Origin: Candidatus Kaiserbacteria bacterium
GTDB lineage: Bacteria > Patescibacteriota > Minisyncoccia > Phycocordibacterales > Phycocordibacteraceae
Direction of reading: 5' to 3'
DNA: 64,000 nt
Assembly: GCA_963699165.1 (NCBI GenBank)
Contig: OY969413.1
Coordinates: forward strand, 276,562-340,561
This document shows positions 46,678 through 56,215 of the stretch, piece after piece. How positions within the stretch are numbered: the stretch's first letter is position 1; the number at the start of each line of letters is the position of its first letter. Made by a program: the position numbers and the translations under genes. Below the pieces are notes generated by a model that saw only the letters and a program-made list of their open reading frames with translations, had not been told where the DNA came from and searched no databases.

Positions 46678-47124
46678 TCAAACAGATAAATCTTTCAAAA
46701 TTCTTTCTAATCTTTCACTTAAAACTATGGCCTGAGGCGCATGAAAAACAGTTGTCCCTTGCTTTTCATTTACTGTTGTAACAGTACCCATCGGTACGAC
46801 TCTAAGAACGCGAGGATTCCCTCCATATGAGCTAGCTGCGCGTTTAGCATAAATTTCCGCAGACTTAGGTTCTTTCGTAAAAAAAACTTTGTCTAAATTT
46901 TTCTTTCTCCCTCTTTCGCTAATTATTTGTGTTACATCCGGCGGTAAAACTTCTCTGGAAAGATTTGGGGAGGACGTTCCATGATACAAAACACCATACT
47001 CTCTATAGTTATCAAGCAATTTTAGTATATCTTCATAAGTTAAAACGATGTTTTCGATGACCTCTTCTGAATTATGATCTATTTCAGGAGTGGCTACCGT
47101 TCGATTTATTGAATATTTTTCCAT
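46678..47124 (-). CDS. Hypothetical protein with an ADP-ribosyltransferase-fold-like YHGT motif (Tpt1/KptA C-lobe- or diphtheria-toxin-like), in an AT-rich islet.
   Basis: GVLYHGTSSPNLSREV, followed by KVFFTKEPKSAEIYAKRAASSYGGNPRVLRVV, which resembles the HGT loop and downstream strands of Tpt1/KptA and of H-Y-E class ARTs. It lacks the Tpt1 N-terminal R-H-R region. This is pattern recognition only. Confidence 0.4.
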   Translation of the reverse strand: MEKYSINRTVATPEIDHNSEEVIENIVLTYEDILKLLDNYREYGVLYHGTSSPNLSREVLPPDVTQIISERGRKKNLDKVFFTKEPKSAEIYAKRAASSYGGNPRVLRVVPMGTVTTVNEKQGTTVFHAPQAIVLSERLERILKDLSV

Positions 47125-47189
47125 AAATATTTAGTATATCAGGCGGCACTGCGATTGTACCGAGATTAGGACTGTTGATCACTTGCAGG

Positions 47190-47438
47190 TTAGCAGGTAC
47201 CCAGATTGCTGAAAAGCGCTTTGTAGTCGGTGGCGGGATAAAGAGGTGTATTGCCCGTTGAAATATCATCGACCGGAACCCACTCGGCGTCAAATTCATA
47301 TGTTTCCTCAACTACGTGAATCGGGTTCTGCGAGTAAAGCTCAGTGCGGGCCAGATCACCGACATAGAGGAAATCGACTTCGTCGCCCTTTTTGCCTTCC
47401 CATACGAAAAGGTTCTCGATGGTTTCCACTAATTGCAA
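47190..47438 (-). CDS. Small hypothetical protein (82 aa), co-directional with and immediately upstream of the ART-fold-like gene.
   Basis: ORF with an acidic composition. No motif. Confidence 0.4.
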   Translation of the reverse strand: MQLVETIENLFVWEGKKGDEVDFLYVGDLARTELYSQNPIHVVEETYEFDAEWVPVDDISTGNTPLYPATDYKALFSNLGTC

Positions 47439-47837
47439 ATTTTCTATTTCGCTCGAAAGTTCTTCCTGGATTTTTCTGCGAACACCCGTCTTTATGGAAA
47501 AGACACATGGCTCTCAAACGAATTGTATTTTCGTGTGACGTACCAGCATTTTAGCAATGATTTCTGATTTGTGGGATTGCAATAGGAATTGCGGCATTCC
47601 CCCAAGGGGACTGCGATTTCCTATGCCTCGATTATTCGGCATGAAAATCGGGAGCCCTTGCAGGGTTGCAATTTGTCACCACATCGGAATGTGGACAAAT
47701 TGGGAACCTACTAAAATATACGAATCAGCAGATTCGCCTACCTGGGTCGCCGATTACGGCTCGTTAATTTTGTGGGGCCGCAGATTACTGCGGCATCCTA
47801 CAAAATTATAGTTGCGGAGTACCGCTCCTTAATTTTG

Positions 47838-47908
47838 TGGACCTACGGGGAGTCGAACCCCGACCTCGTCCATGCCATGGACGCGTTCTACCGCTGAACT
47901 ATAGGCCC
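47838..47908 (-). tRNA. tRNA-Ala (anticodon GGC), 71 nt.
   Basis: Cloverleaf GGGCCTA/TA/GTTC-AGCGGTA-GAAC/G/CGTCC-ATGGCAT-GGACG/AGGT/CGGGG-TTCGACT-CCCCG/TAGGTCC/A. The G3:U70 pair (Ala identity element) is present. No encoded CCA. Confidence 0.85.
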
Positions 47909-48047
47909 GAGGCGAAGGAGGGATGGTTTGTTGTTTACGCACCACCCTCCTTATCCGAGCAATTGGCGCCGATGTTTTCAGCGCCAATTTTGTCGCTCGG
48001 ATTGGCATATCATACCAAACGCCCCTTGTTCGCCCAAATGGGCGAAG

Positions 48048-49496
48048 TTACGGAAGCACCGACTTGAAGGCCGCAAGCGATGCCGAGTCGGAATTGATGA
48101 GCCAATTCGTTCCCGTATCGTTTTCATCGAAGTACACCCAGCCCTTCACATTGGTGTATGACTTCACGTGCGTGCCGAGACCTTCGGTTATCCATGCCGC
48201 TTTCTGCGGGCCGGCAACCGAGCCCATCGAAGTTAGGTAGATGGGTTTGCCGTAGGTTTGCATTTGCGCCACGGGTCCGTCGAAGATTTGGTCGAACGAT
48301 TCCCATGGATTCCCGAAGTTAAATCCGTCGATGCCGACGTAATCGACATACGCGCTGCCCGGATAATAATCCGAAAACTGATTGCCCGAAACGTTCGGAA
48401 CCGAATCGGAATTCATAACCCAGGCGAACTTCACGTTGGTCGCATTCGCCGCAACGAAGATGTTGTGGATGTGCTGCCACGCGGCGATGAGTTTTGCGGG
48501 AGAATTGTTTCCGACGGTGCCGTCCCAATCATCCCAGTTTCCGTTCATTTCATGGAAGATGGAGAGAATAACCGGACACCCGCCGCTTGCCGCGCTTTGC
48601 GCGAACGAGCGAATGTACGAATCGTACGTTCCGGCGTTAATCGAATCGACGCTGTACCCGTAATTTTCCCAATACACAAGCAAGGTTTGATTGTTCGTGC
48701 ACGTCGAGGAAAAGTTCGTCGGGAATGAGTCCGGCCAACCGACGAAGGTTGCTACGATGCTCGGCAACTTTCCGAGCGTCGAACTAAGCGTCGACATGGT
48801 CATCGAGCCGGTGCCTTCGAATACGCCCCACTGCAATGCGCTTGGCGCGGGAGTCGGAGCTGATACAGGCGGCGCCGGTGTCGGTGTCGGAGCGGGAGGC
48901 GGCAGAGAAACAACCGGTACTGATACTGGCGTCGATGTTGCCGTTACGGGCGCCGGATTGCCAGTAGTGGACGTGGCAGTCGTTGTTCCGCTTCCGCGAT
49001 GCCTCGAACTTTTACCGGTTGATACCTTGGCATTTGCCGCTAGAGTGGTTGAAGTAACCGTATTAGTAGTAAGAGAACTCGGCGAGATTGCGGTCGATGA
49101 TGCGGCCGCAACCGGTGCACCCGCGACGGTCGCAGTCGTGCCGCTTGACGCGACAGGCGGCGTTGACGACGCGGCGAGTTGATTAAGAAGAGCGCGCGTC
49201 TTCGGACCAACGGTTCCGACCGGGTCGAGACCGTATTTTGTTTGAAGAGCGATGACTGCGCTGCGAGTAAGCGAACCGAAATATCCAGTAATAGGTCCGG
49301 CGTACAGATTCTGCGCCGCAAGCGTTGTCTGCAAGGCGGATACGGAATTATTGTTTGCACCGGGCGAGAGCGTTTTTGTAAATGAAGCGAATGCTTCCGC
49401 GGGAACCGCACCGAACACGAACGCGAGAGTTATGATAATGGACGATATGAATATGGCTATGTTTTTTAATTTATTATTCATGAAACCTATCATCAT
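48048..49496 (-). CDS. Secreted peptidoglycan-binding-domain protein with a glycoside hydrolase (GH26/clan GH-A-like) C-terminal domain.
   Basis: Signal peptide, then a PG_binding_1-like motif (LQTTLAAQNLYAGPITGYFGSLTRSAVIALQTKYGLDP) and a long T/S/P-rich linker. The catalytic region has FHEMNGNW (an acid/base glutamate after HE, as in GH26 mannanase-like enzymes). Confidence 0.6.
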   Translation of the reverse strand: MMIGFMNNKLKNIAIFISSIIITLAFVFGAVPAEAFASFTKTLSPGANNNSVSALQTTLAAQNLYAGPITGYFGSLTRSAVIALQTKYGLDPVGTVGPKTRALLNQLAASSTPPVASSGTTATVAGAPVAAASSTAISPSSLTTNTVTSTTLAANAKVSTGKSSRHRGSGTTTATSTTGNPAPVTATSTPVSVPVVSLPPPAPTPTPAPPVSAPTPAPSALQWGVFEGTGSMTMSTLSSTLGKLPSIVATFVGWPDSFPTNFSSTCTNNQTLLVYWENYGYSVDSINAGTYDSYIRSFAQSAASGGCPVILSIFHEMNGNWDDWDGTVGNNSPAKLIAAWQHIHNIFVAANATNVKFAWVMNSDSVPNVSGNQFSDYYPGSAYVDYVGIDGFNFGNPWESFDQIFDGPVAQMQTYGKPIYLTSMGSVAGPQKAAWITEGLGTHVKSYTNVKGWVYFDENDTGTNWLINSDSASLAAFKSVLP

Positions 49497-49537
49497 TGCA
49501 TATTCATCTACAGACGCGCAAGCAAGACCTGTGGATA

Positions 49538-52500
49538 TCAGTTGGCGACAATGCCGACATCATCGAGCGTAAGCGAGCCGATACCCGTTATATAGTGGAA
49601 TACTTGTGCGGAAACGACTCCTGCGGGCGCGGTAAACGTAACCGAAGATATTCCCCATGCAGGCGTCGACGCGGGGAAAATCGTATCGTCGGCAAACGTC
49701 GCGTTCCCCGAAGCGTCCAGGAATTCAACTTCCACATGCGATGAGACATCGGAGACGTATGAATCGGAATACGTGTACGCCGCACCGGCGCTTACCGGAA
49801 CCTGATCCATAACCCATTTAGAGTCGCCGTCGGTGTAGGAAGTGATCTGCACTTTCGCGGCCGTGCCGTCCGTGTGTCCGGCGACCGGATAACTGAAGAC
49901 CGCCGTATTAGTTCCCCATCCGCCTTGCGACCAGTTTTGCGGAAGAGTCGGGTCGGTGCTGTTCGCAATGGCGAATGTAGGGTTTGCAACGAGGTTTGTT
50001 GTTGACGGCGGCGGCGGAGAAGACGACCCGATTGAATCGGTCAAACTCGCATCGTCAATGGTGAGCGTTCCGATGCCCGCGATAAGGTGGAAGACGCGCA
50101 CGGACGCCGTGCCTGCGGGCGCAGTAAATGTAACCGTTCCCGTTCCCCAACTTGATGCGGATGCAGGCAAAGCGGTGAATCCCGCATACGAATACACGCC
50201 GGTGGTGCTCAGATATTCGACGGCAAGCTGTGACGCGATATTTGATTCGTAAGAATCCGAATAGGTGTATGTATGGCCGGGAGTAACGGCGACCTTATCG
50301 AATACCCACTTTGCGTCGCCGCTCGCGTAGGAAGTTATCTGCACTTTTGCGGCCGTGCCGTCCGTGTGTCCGGCGACCGGATAACTGAAGACCGCCGTAT
50401 TAGTTCCCCATCCGCCTTGCGACCAGTTTTGCGGAATACTCGAATTCGATGCGCTTGCGATCGCAAACGTCGGATTGAGAATGAGGTTCGGACCACTTGT
50501 CGCAACCGAAGAAGATACCGTGACTGTGTCGGTGGCAACGTTTGAATCAAACAGTCCGTTATTGGCTTTGAATGAGAAGGTATCGATGCCGGTGAATCCC
50601 GCAGCCGGCGTATATGTCTCCACCGAAGATGTTCCGGTGAGCGTGCCGTGCGAAGGCGGAGTCACAATCGAGTACGTGAGCGCATCGTTATTCGGATCCG
50701 CTGCCGATAGCATGACTTGCACGGCGGTATTTTGCGTGGTCGTCGCGGCGGAACCGCTCGCAGTCGGCGGATAATTCACTTTGAGGTCGTTGACCGTTAT
50801 GACGCAGTTCGCCGTCACGCCCTGCAATTGCGAGCCAGCGCAATTGGTGGATGTCGCATAGGTATAGTTGCTCGGCACTGATTGCAGAGCGACTGAGTAT
50901 TGCTGAAGCGGCTGAATGCTAACAACCGTCGTTGACGATGTTCCCTGGAACGAACTCGGCGACGCGCTCGCGCCGGTGACATTCACCGTGAAGTCGGCGG
51001 CCGTCGAAGTTGCGCCGTGCGTATTATTTACCACGACCGACACATCGAGTTTCGGCGCGCCCATGAGCGCGGCGCCCTGCGCCATCGTGAGCACCGGCAC
51101 GTTATTTGCGGTCAAATAATTCACGATGCCTTGCAGCGTTTGCGGCGTTGCGCCATAAGGCTGATTGGACAGATCCGTCAAAATCGGATGGAAGACGAGT
51201 ATGAGCCACTGCTTATTCGCTTTCGCCTGGTCTATCCAACTTTGAATTTGAGCTAGCGTGGTATCGGAATCGACCGACTGCGATAGAAGCGCATAGATGT
51301 CGGTGTTGCGTCCGTTAAAACCCGGGAGCACGGTGCGGGACGATATGTATCCCGCTTGCTGCGCTATCTGTTCGCTTGCGCTGTTGTATGCGCCATAGGG
51401 ATACACGAACGTCAGCGCCGGAGTCACGCCGTAACTTAGCAAGTCCTGCCGCCCGCCGGCAATCTGCGTCGTCTGATCCGCATCGGAAAGCGTCGTGAGG
51501 TCCGGGTGGATTTGTGTGTGTCCGCCGATTTCCTGCCCTTCCGCCTGCATCTGCAATATTTCGGCCGGCGTCATATAGTCGAGATATGCGCCGAACGAGA
51601 TATTGTCGACATCGAGATATCCGGCGCCGGTCAGCTGATGCAAAACGGTAATTGTTTTGATTGATGGCGGCACGTAAAAATTAAATGTGGACGGAATTGC
51701 AGACCATGCGCCGTTCGTCGAGGGCAATGTGAGCGCCGTAACTTTGCTTGGAACCATAGTGCCGGCCGAGTTAATGTATTCAGGTGTCCCGCTTGCGTCC
51801 GTCATTTGGATGATAACGTCGGAGGCCGCGCTGCTTCGATACGAATCGGCGTACGAATAGTTTTCGTCGCTGAAAACCGTAATCGGATTGAAATACCATG
51901 CGGCATTGCTGCCTGCCACCGTCGATGAGACCTCGACTGCCTTGCCGCTTTGTCCCGCAACCGGATACGTAAACTTGGCGTTGGTGCTTCCGGAAGTTAG
52001 CCATCCGAGCGGCTCGGTTGAACTTGCGGGGTTCGGCGTTTCAAGATTCGGATTGACTACCGCCATGCCCGAAAGATGCGAGATTATATAGAACGAACCG
52101 TTCATATGCGCGGCGCTCAGAATCGGATAGGCATTTTGATATTGGCTCAACAGCCCGTCATCGAATGAAAGCGTGACGAATCCCCGGTCGAATGAAATCG
52201 GCTGCGGAACCTCGGTCAAGCTCGCATTGTCGATTGAAAGCGAGCCGATCGAACTTATCGTGTGATATACCGTCACGGAAACGACGCCGGCCGGAACGGT
52301 AAAGTTGACCGCCGATTGCTCCCACGTGGTCGTCGCCGGAGATGCTGCAACGGGTGTAAAATCGGCAAACGTCACGCTATTGTCGGTATTCGTGTACGCC
52401 ACGACGAGCTGGGTCGGGACATTCGAAAGATATACGTCATTGTAGAGATAGCTGTGGCCGGGAATGACCGTGACATTGTCGAACACCCACTTCGCGTCGC

Positions 52501-53842
52501 CATCCGCGTATGCTTTCATGCTGATTGTGCCAACCATGCCGCTCGGACTTATTTCATTATTTGTCGTACTTGCCGCGACGTAACTAAACTCGGGCGTGTT
52601 CGTGCCGTACGACGTCGGTGTCCAATGGAGCGGTTGATTTGCGATTGAAGGATCCGGCGTTTCAAGCCCGGGATTTTGAATAAGGTTCGGCGACGCCTGT
52701 CCGAGCGAAATCGGTTCGAGGTCGCTGAGCGTAATGGTGCACGTCGCCGAATCGCCGCCCGGAAGCTGTCCGGTGCAGTCGGGAGAATACGAAACATCGT
52801 AGTACAAACCCGGTTCGGTCGTAATTTGATATGCGGTATTCGCCGCAACCGCGACGTTTGTTCCCGAAGCGGCGCCGACAAAAAACGCAGGCGTCGAACT
52901 TGCGCCGTTTACCGTAACGTTAAAATCCGCGGGCGCATTCGTGCCGCCGTGCGTATTCACGACAGACGTAATGACTTTGACCGTCGCAGTCGAAACGACT
53001 GACGGGAAGACCGTTATCGAATATAGATTGGTAGCCGAAATAGCGCCGTTCGTGACCGACACGGCAAATGTGCCGGTGGATGTTGCCGTCGACGTGCCGG
53101 TGATAAATGCCGTCGCGCCCGTGGATGTCGAGAGCGCGAATCCGCTCGGCAACGAACCGGAACTGACGCTCCAACTGAACGGACCGGACGCCGTCGTCGA
53201 CGCCGTCAGCGTCTGCGAATATGGGACGTTCACTGCGGCATTCTGCAATACCGTCGGCGCGATGGAGATGGTCGGACCGGGCGTGCTATCGACGATACTC
53301 GCGTTGTCAATCGTGAGCGTTCCGACGCTCAAGATAGAATGGTAGACGCGAACGGACACGATGTTCGCGGGAACGGCAAAGGAAACGGTCGATGTCGCCC
53401 ACGCCGAAGCGCTTGCCGGAACAGTGGTGAAATTGCCATATGTGATGGTGCTGCTGGCGTCGGTGTATTCGACGACAAGCTGCGTCGACACGCCCGACAT
53501 ATACGCATCGGTATAGGAATAGGAGTGGCCGGCGGATACCGCAACGGGCGACATCAGCCACTTTGCGTCGCCGCTCGTGTACGCGCTCATCGTAATTTGA
53601 GCCGCCTTGCTGTTCCCGACGCCAGACGCCGGATACGTGAACGCTGCGGCATTCGTGCCATACCCGGCCGTTGTCCATCCCTGCGGAATGTTCGGATTGA
53701 CGGTATCGGGCGTTTCAAAATTTCCGTTTGCAATCAGATTTGCGGAATTTGCGTGCGCAAACAGGGCCGGAAGTAGTGAGAGAGCAAGCACGAAAAAAAT
53801 TCGGAGGGTGCGGACCTTCAGCGATTCGGTGGTGGATGACAT
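49538..53842 (-). CDS. Giant secreted multidomain protein (1434 aa). It has about five carbohydrate-binding-module-like repeats (CBM4/9-like, beginning GNFE.P and ending ...LTIDNASI), Ig-like/cadherin-like domains and a central polysaccharide deacetylase (NodB) domain.
   Basis: Signal peptide. Repeated ~150-aa units (IANGNFETPD..., IQNPGLETPD..., VVNPNLETPN..., ILNPTFAIAS..., LVANPTFAIAN...). NodB motifs FVTLSFDDGLLSQYQNAYPIL and GGHTQIHPDL. A cadherin-like segment DALTYSIVTPPSHGTLTGTSSVETYTPAAGFTGIDTFSF. Confidence 0.7.
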   Translation of the reverse strand: MSSTTESLKVRTLRIFFVLALSLLPALFAHANSANLIANGNFETPDTVNPNIPQGWTTAGYGTNAAAFTYPASGVGNSKAAQITMSAYTSGDAKWLMSPVAVSAGHSYSYTDAYMSGVSTQLVVEYTDASSTITYGNFTTVPASASAWATSTVSFAVPANIVSVRVYHSILSVGTLTIDNASIVDSTPGPTISIAPTVLQNAAVNVPYSQTLTASTTASGPFSWSVSSGSLPSGFALSTSTGATAFITGTSTATSTGTFAVSVTNGAISATNLYSITVFPSVVSTATVKVITSVVNTHGGTNAPADFNVTVNGASSTPAFFVGAASGTNVAVAANTAYQITTEPGLYYDVSYSPDCTGQLPGGDSATCTITLSDLEPISLGQASPNLIQNPGLETPDPSIANQPLHWTPTSYGTNTPEFSYVAASTTNNEISPSGMVGTISMKAYADGDAKWVFDNVTVIPGHSYLYNDVYLSNVPTQLVVAYTNTDNSVTFADFTPVAASPATTTWEQSAVNFTVPAGVVSVTVYHTISSIGSLSIDNASLTEVPQPISFDRGFVTLSFDDGLLSQYQNAYPILSAAHMNGSFYIISHLSGMAVVNPNLETPNPASSTEPLGWLTSGSTNAKFTYPVAGQSGKAVEVSSTVAGSNAAWYFNPITVFSDENYSYADSYRSSAASDVIIQMTDASGTPEYINSAGTMVPSKVTALTLPSTNGAWSAIPSTFNFYVPPSIKTITVLHQLTGAGYLDVDNISFGAYLDYMTPAEILQMQAEGQEIGGHTQIHPDLTTLSDADQTTQIAGGRQDLLSYGVTPALTFVYPYGAYNSASEQIAQQAGYISSRTVLPGFNGRNTDIYALLSQSVDSDTTLAQIQSWIDQAKANKQWLILVFHPILTDLSNQPYGATPQTLQGIVNYLTANNVPVLTMAQGAALMGAPKLDVSVVVNNTHGATSTAADFTVNVTGASASPSSFQGTSSTTVVSIQPLQQYSVALQSVPSNYTYATSTNCAGSQLQGVTANCVITVNDLKVNYPPTASGSAATTTQNTAVQVMLSAADPNNDALTYSIVTPPSHGTLTGTSSVETYTPAAGFTGIDTFSFKANNGLFDSNVATDTVTVSSSVATSGPNLILNPTFAIASASNSSIPQNWSQGGWGTNTAVFSYPVAGHTDGTAAKVQITSYASGDAKWVFDKVAVTPGHTYTYSDSYESNIASQLAVEYLSTTGVYSYAGFTALPASASSWGTGTVTFTAPAGTASVRVFHLIAGIGTLTIDDASLTDSIGSSSPPPPSTTNLVANPTFAIANSTDPTLPQNWSQGGWGTNTAVFSYPVAGHTDGTAAKVQITSYTDGDSKWVMDQVPVSAGAAYTYSDSYVSDVSSHVEVEFLDASGNATFADDTIFPASTPAWGISSVTFTAPAGVVSAQVFHYITGIGSLTLDDVGIVAN

Positions 53843-54052
53843 ACGCGAGATGACTAGATGCTAATAATTTCTTGAAACGCCGTGGCGGGCGGTTCGATTT
53901 TTACATCTGCCGCCGTTTCTTTACCGCATTTTCAGTAATCTTCATGACGTCGAGTGCCGCACATGATTACAAGCCGCAAACGTGCGCGTCCGCGGTGCTT
54001 CAATCGCTGAAATATTTTGCAGATTCGAGCGACATCATGAGACACGCGGCGT

Positions 54053-55138
54053 ATGAAAAATGCAACTCAATTTTCCGAAATATACCCGAAGAAAATTCAT
54101 GCGAATGACATTTCCATCTCGCTGCTGATTCCGTGTTACAACGAAGAAAAAGGAATCGAAGCGACCGTGCAATCCTGCCTGCGGCAGACGCGTCCGTTCG
54201 ACCAACTCGTCATCGTGAACGACTGCTCGAAAGACCGGACGCTTGAAATATTACAGAGGTACAGCGACCGTATTACGGTCATTACAACGCCGAAAAATTC
54301 CGGCAACAAAAGCAGCGCGCAGGAATATGGACTACGCTTCGTGACGGGCGACGTTATGGTTACCACCGACGGCGACACGCTGCTTGATGCGCGCTTCGTC
54401 GAAGAAATTGAAAAGGATTTCCGAGACCCCTCGGTAACGGCAGTCGCGGGATACGTCAAAAGCATTCCGTACAACTGGCTCACTTTGTGCCGCGCGTTCT
54501 ATTACATCGTCGGCCAAAATCTGCACAAAATCGCGCAAAATTATCTTAACTATATTTTCGTCATGCCGGGCGCCGCAAGCGCTTTCAAGACCGATACATT
54601 TCGGAAAGTGTGTACGTTTGACCACGACACCATCACCGAAGACCTCGATTTCACATACAAACTGCATCGGCACAATTTGCGCATTGTCTACAATCAAAAT
54701 GCAATTTCGTACACGCAAGATCCTTCGACGTTGCACGACTATATGTATCAAATGCGGCGCTGGTACAGCGGCGGCTGGCAAAATCTCGGCAAGCATATTT
54801 CGGTAGTCCGCCATCCGATTCGCGCGATGGAATTGTCGCTGATTTACATCGAGGGGCTCGTATTTTCGACGCTGCTGCTCGTTACGCCGTTTGTCGACTT
54901 GTATTTGGCGCTCGTGATTCTCGCAGGGTATTTGTTCATTACCGCAATCTTCGCCGTGTGGGCGGCGTGGGTCGGCCGCCGCCCCGCAATACTGCTCGTC
55001 CTCTTGCCATATCTTCTATTACTGTATGTGAATGCGTATTTGTTCATGGAAACTTTCGTGACGGAAGTTATTGTACGTCGTAAGACACTGATTTGGTTTA
55101 AACCGGACCGAGTGGCGACGCCAATGCAACACCTATGA
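54053..55138 (+). CDS. Family 2 glycosyltransferase (processive polysaccharide synthase-like; membrane-anchored C-terminus).
   Basis: LLIPCYNEE, DCSKD, TTDGDTLL (the DxD motif) and QMRRWYSGG (the QxxRW processivity motif), followed by C-terminal TM helices. Confidence 0.8.
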   Translation: MKNATQFSEIYPKKIHANDISISLLIPCYNEEKGIEATVQSCLRQTRPFDQLVIVNDCSKDRTLEILQRYSDRITVITTPKNSGNKSSAQEYGLRFVTGDVMVTTDGDTLLDARFVEEIEKDFRDPSVTAVAGYVKSIPYNWLTLCRAFYYIVGQNLHKIAQNYLNYIFVMPGAASAFKTDTFRKVCTFDHDTITEDLDFTYKLHRHNLRIVYNQNAISYTQDPSTLHDYMYQMRRWYSGGWQNLGKHISVVRHPIRAMELSLIYIEGLVFSTLLLVTPFVDLYLALVILAGYLFITAIFAVWAAWVGRRPAILLVLLPYLLLLYVNAYLFMETFVTEVIVRRKTLIWFKPDRVATPMQHL

Positions 55139-55710
55139 CTAACCCATTCTTCTTCGGCCTTTCGATAATAATTCACATTCTGGTCATCATCTGGAATTCG
55201 GTGCTTGACTTCCTGTTTCCGAACCGCAGCAAGATGCTATTTGCGAAGCAGCGGATACACACGCTTATCGTGAGCGGGCTGCTTATCGGCGGAGTATTTT
55301 CGTTTGTCTCATTCTGCGGCGTCACCATCATGTATGCCGCCGTTATCGACAGCCATTCATCGGTAAATATCGCCGAACGGGTCGTGCCGCGTTTGCTGCA
55401 TCCCTCGCTGCAAAATATAAGCGCGACCGCCGCAGCGTCGAACGCAATCGAGACCAATGAGGCGGAAATCTACGGTATTCTGTTTCTCGCGTTCTTCATA
55501 TTCCTTTTCTCGGCGCTGCACGGCGAGCTGGTATCGTGCTGCGTCGACTGGATTGTGCGCGGATTTCCGTTTCGCGCTCTCTTCGTGAGCTTCGGCATAC
55601 TCGTGCTGTGCGTAGGAACCGCGAGCGCATTCATTTACCTGACTCCCGTAACAAGCGCCGCATCACAGGTTCTCGCGCTATTAAAATACACCGAACCGTT
55701 CCCGCGCTAA
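55135..55710 (+). CDS. Hypothetical integral membrane protein, translationally coupled to the GT2 gene by an ATGA overlap.
   Basis: Several TM helices. Its start overlaps the GT2 stop. Confidence 0.5.
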   Translation: MTNPFFFGLSIIIHILVIIWNSVLDFLFPNRSKMLFAKQRIHTLIVSGLLIGGVFSFVSFCGVTIMYAAVIDSHSSVNIAERVVPRLLHPSLQNISATAAASNAIETNEAEIYGILFLAFFIFLFSALHGELVSCCVDWIVRGFPFRALFVSFGILVLCVGTASAFIYLTPVTSAASQVLALLKYTEPFPR

Positions 55711-55712
55711 CG

Positions 55713-56126
55713 CTACTGCCCTTTCTTTAAATTTTCGACGTCGGCAAGAACTTTGCGCAAGTCGGTCATCAGTTCCTCAAGCATCGCCGTCTGCGGTTTT
55801 TCGACGTCCTCCTCCTCGGCCATATCTTCGATGTCCTCGCTGATTTCTTCCACGTCCTCCTGAATCTCGTCGATGTCCGCCTCGACCTCCTGCAAGCTTT
55901 CAGAATGCCGGTTGACTGTCATCTGAATAAAGATTGCCAAATAAATGGCTTCGAGCGAAAGAAGCGTAGTGAGCACAAGAAGCATGATGTCCCATCCGAC
56001 GATGTGAAAAATTGAAAGCGCAAAAAAACAAAGGAAGACGGTGGTATGCAGCAAGAGCGACGGCACGGAGCCGATTGCGGTCGTGAGGCGTTCTATCGGA
56101 TGCAGCGGCGCGCCGTTTTTCGTCAT
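55713..56126 (-). CDS. DUF1003-like membrane protein (two TM helices plus an acidic coiled-coil tail).
   Basis: LLLHTTVFLCFFALSIFHIVGWDIMLLVLTTLLSLEAIYLAIFIQMTVNRH followed by an Asp/Glu-rich tail. The layout is typical of DUF1003. Confidence 0.5.
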   Translation of the reverse strand: MTKNGAPLHPIERLTTAIGSVPSLLLHTTVFLCFFALSIFHIVGWDIMLLVLTTLLSLEAIYLAIFIQMTVNRHSESLQEVEADIDEIQEDVEEISEDIEDMAEEEDVEKPQTAMLEELMTDLRKVLADVENLKKGQ

Positions 56127-56215
56127 TGTCGAATTGTCGCATTATTCGATGCACAAACGCAAGTCAAAGCGAAAGGCCGCGCGCGCGGCCTTTCGCGGAT
56201 ACTGCACTATGTTCG

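Noticed and set aside
47557-47811. An 84-aa ORF in the tRNA-Ala(GGC) 3' flank.
   Set aside because: It lies in a repeat-rich noncoding tRNA flank, has no RBS or motif, and its composition is atypical.
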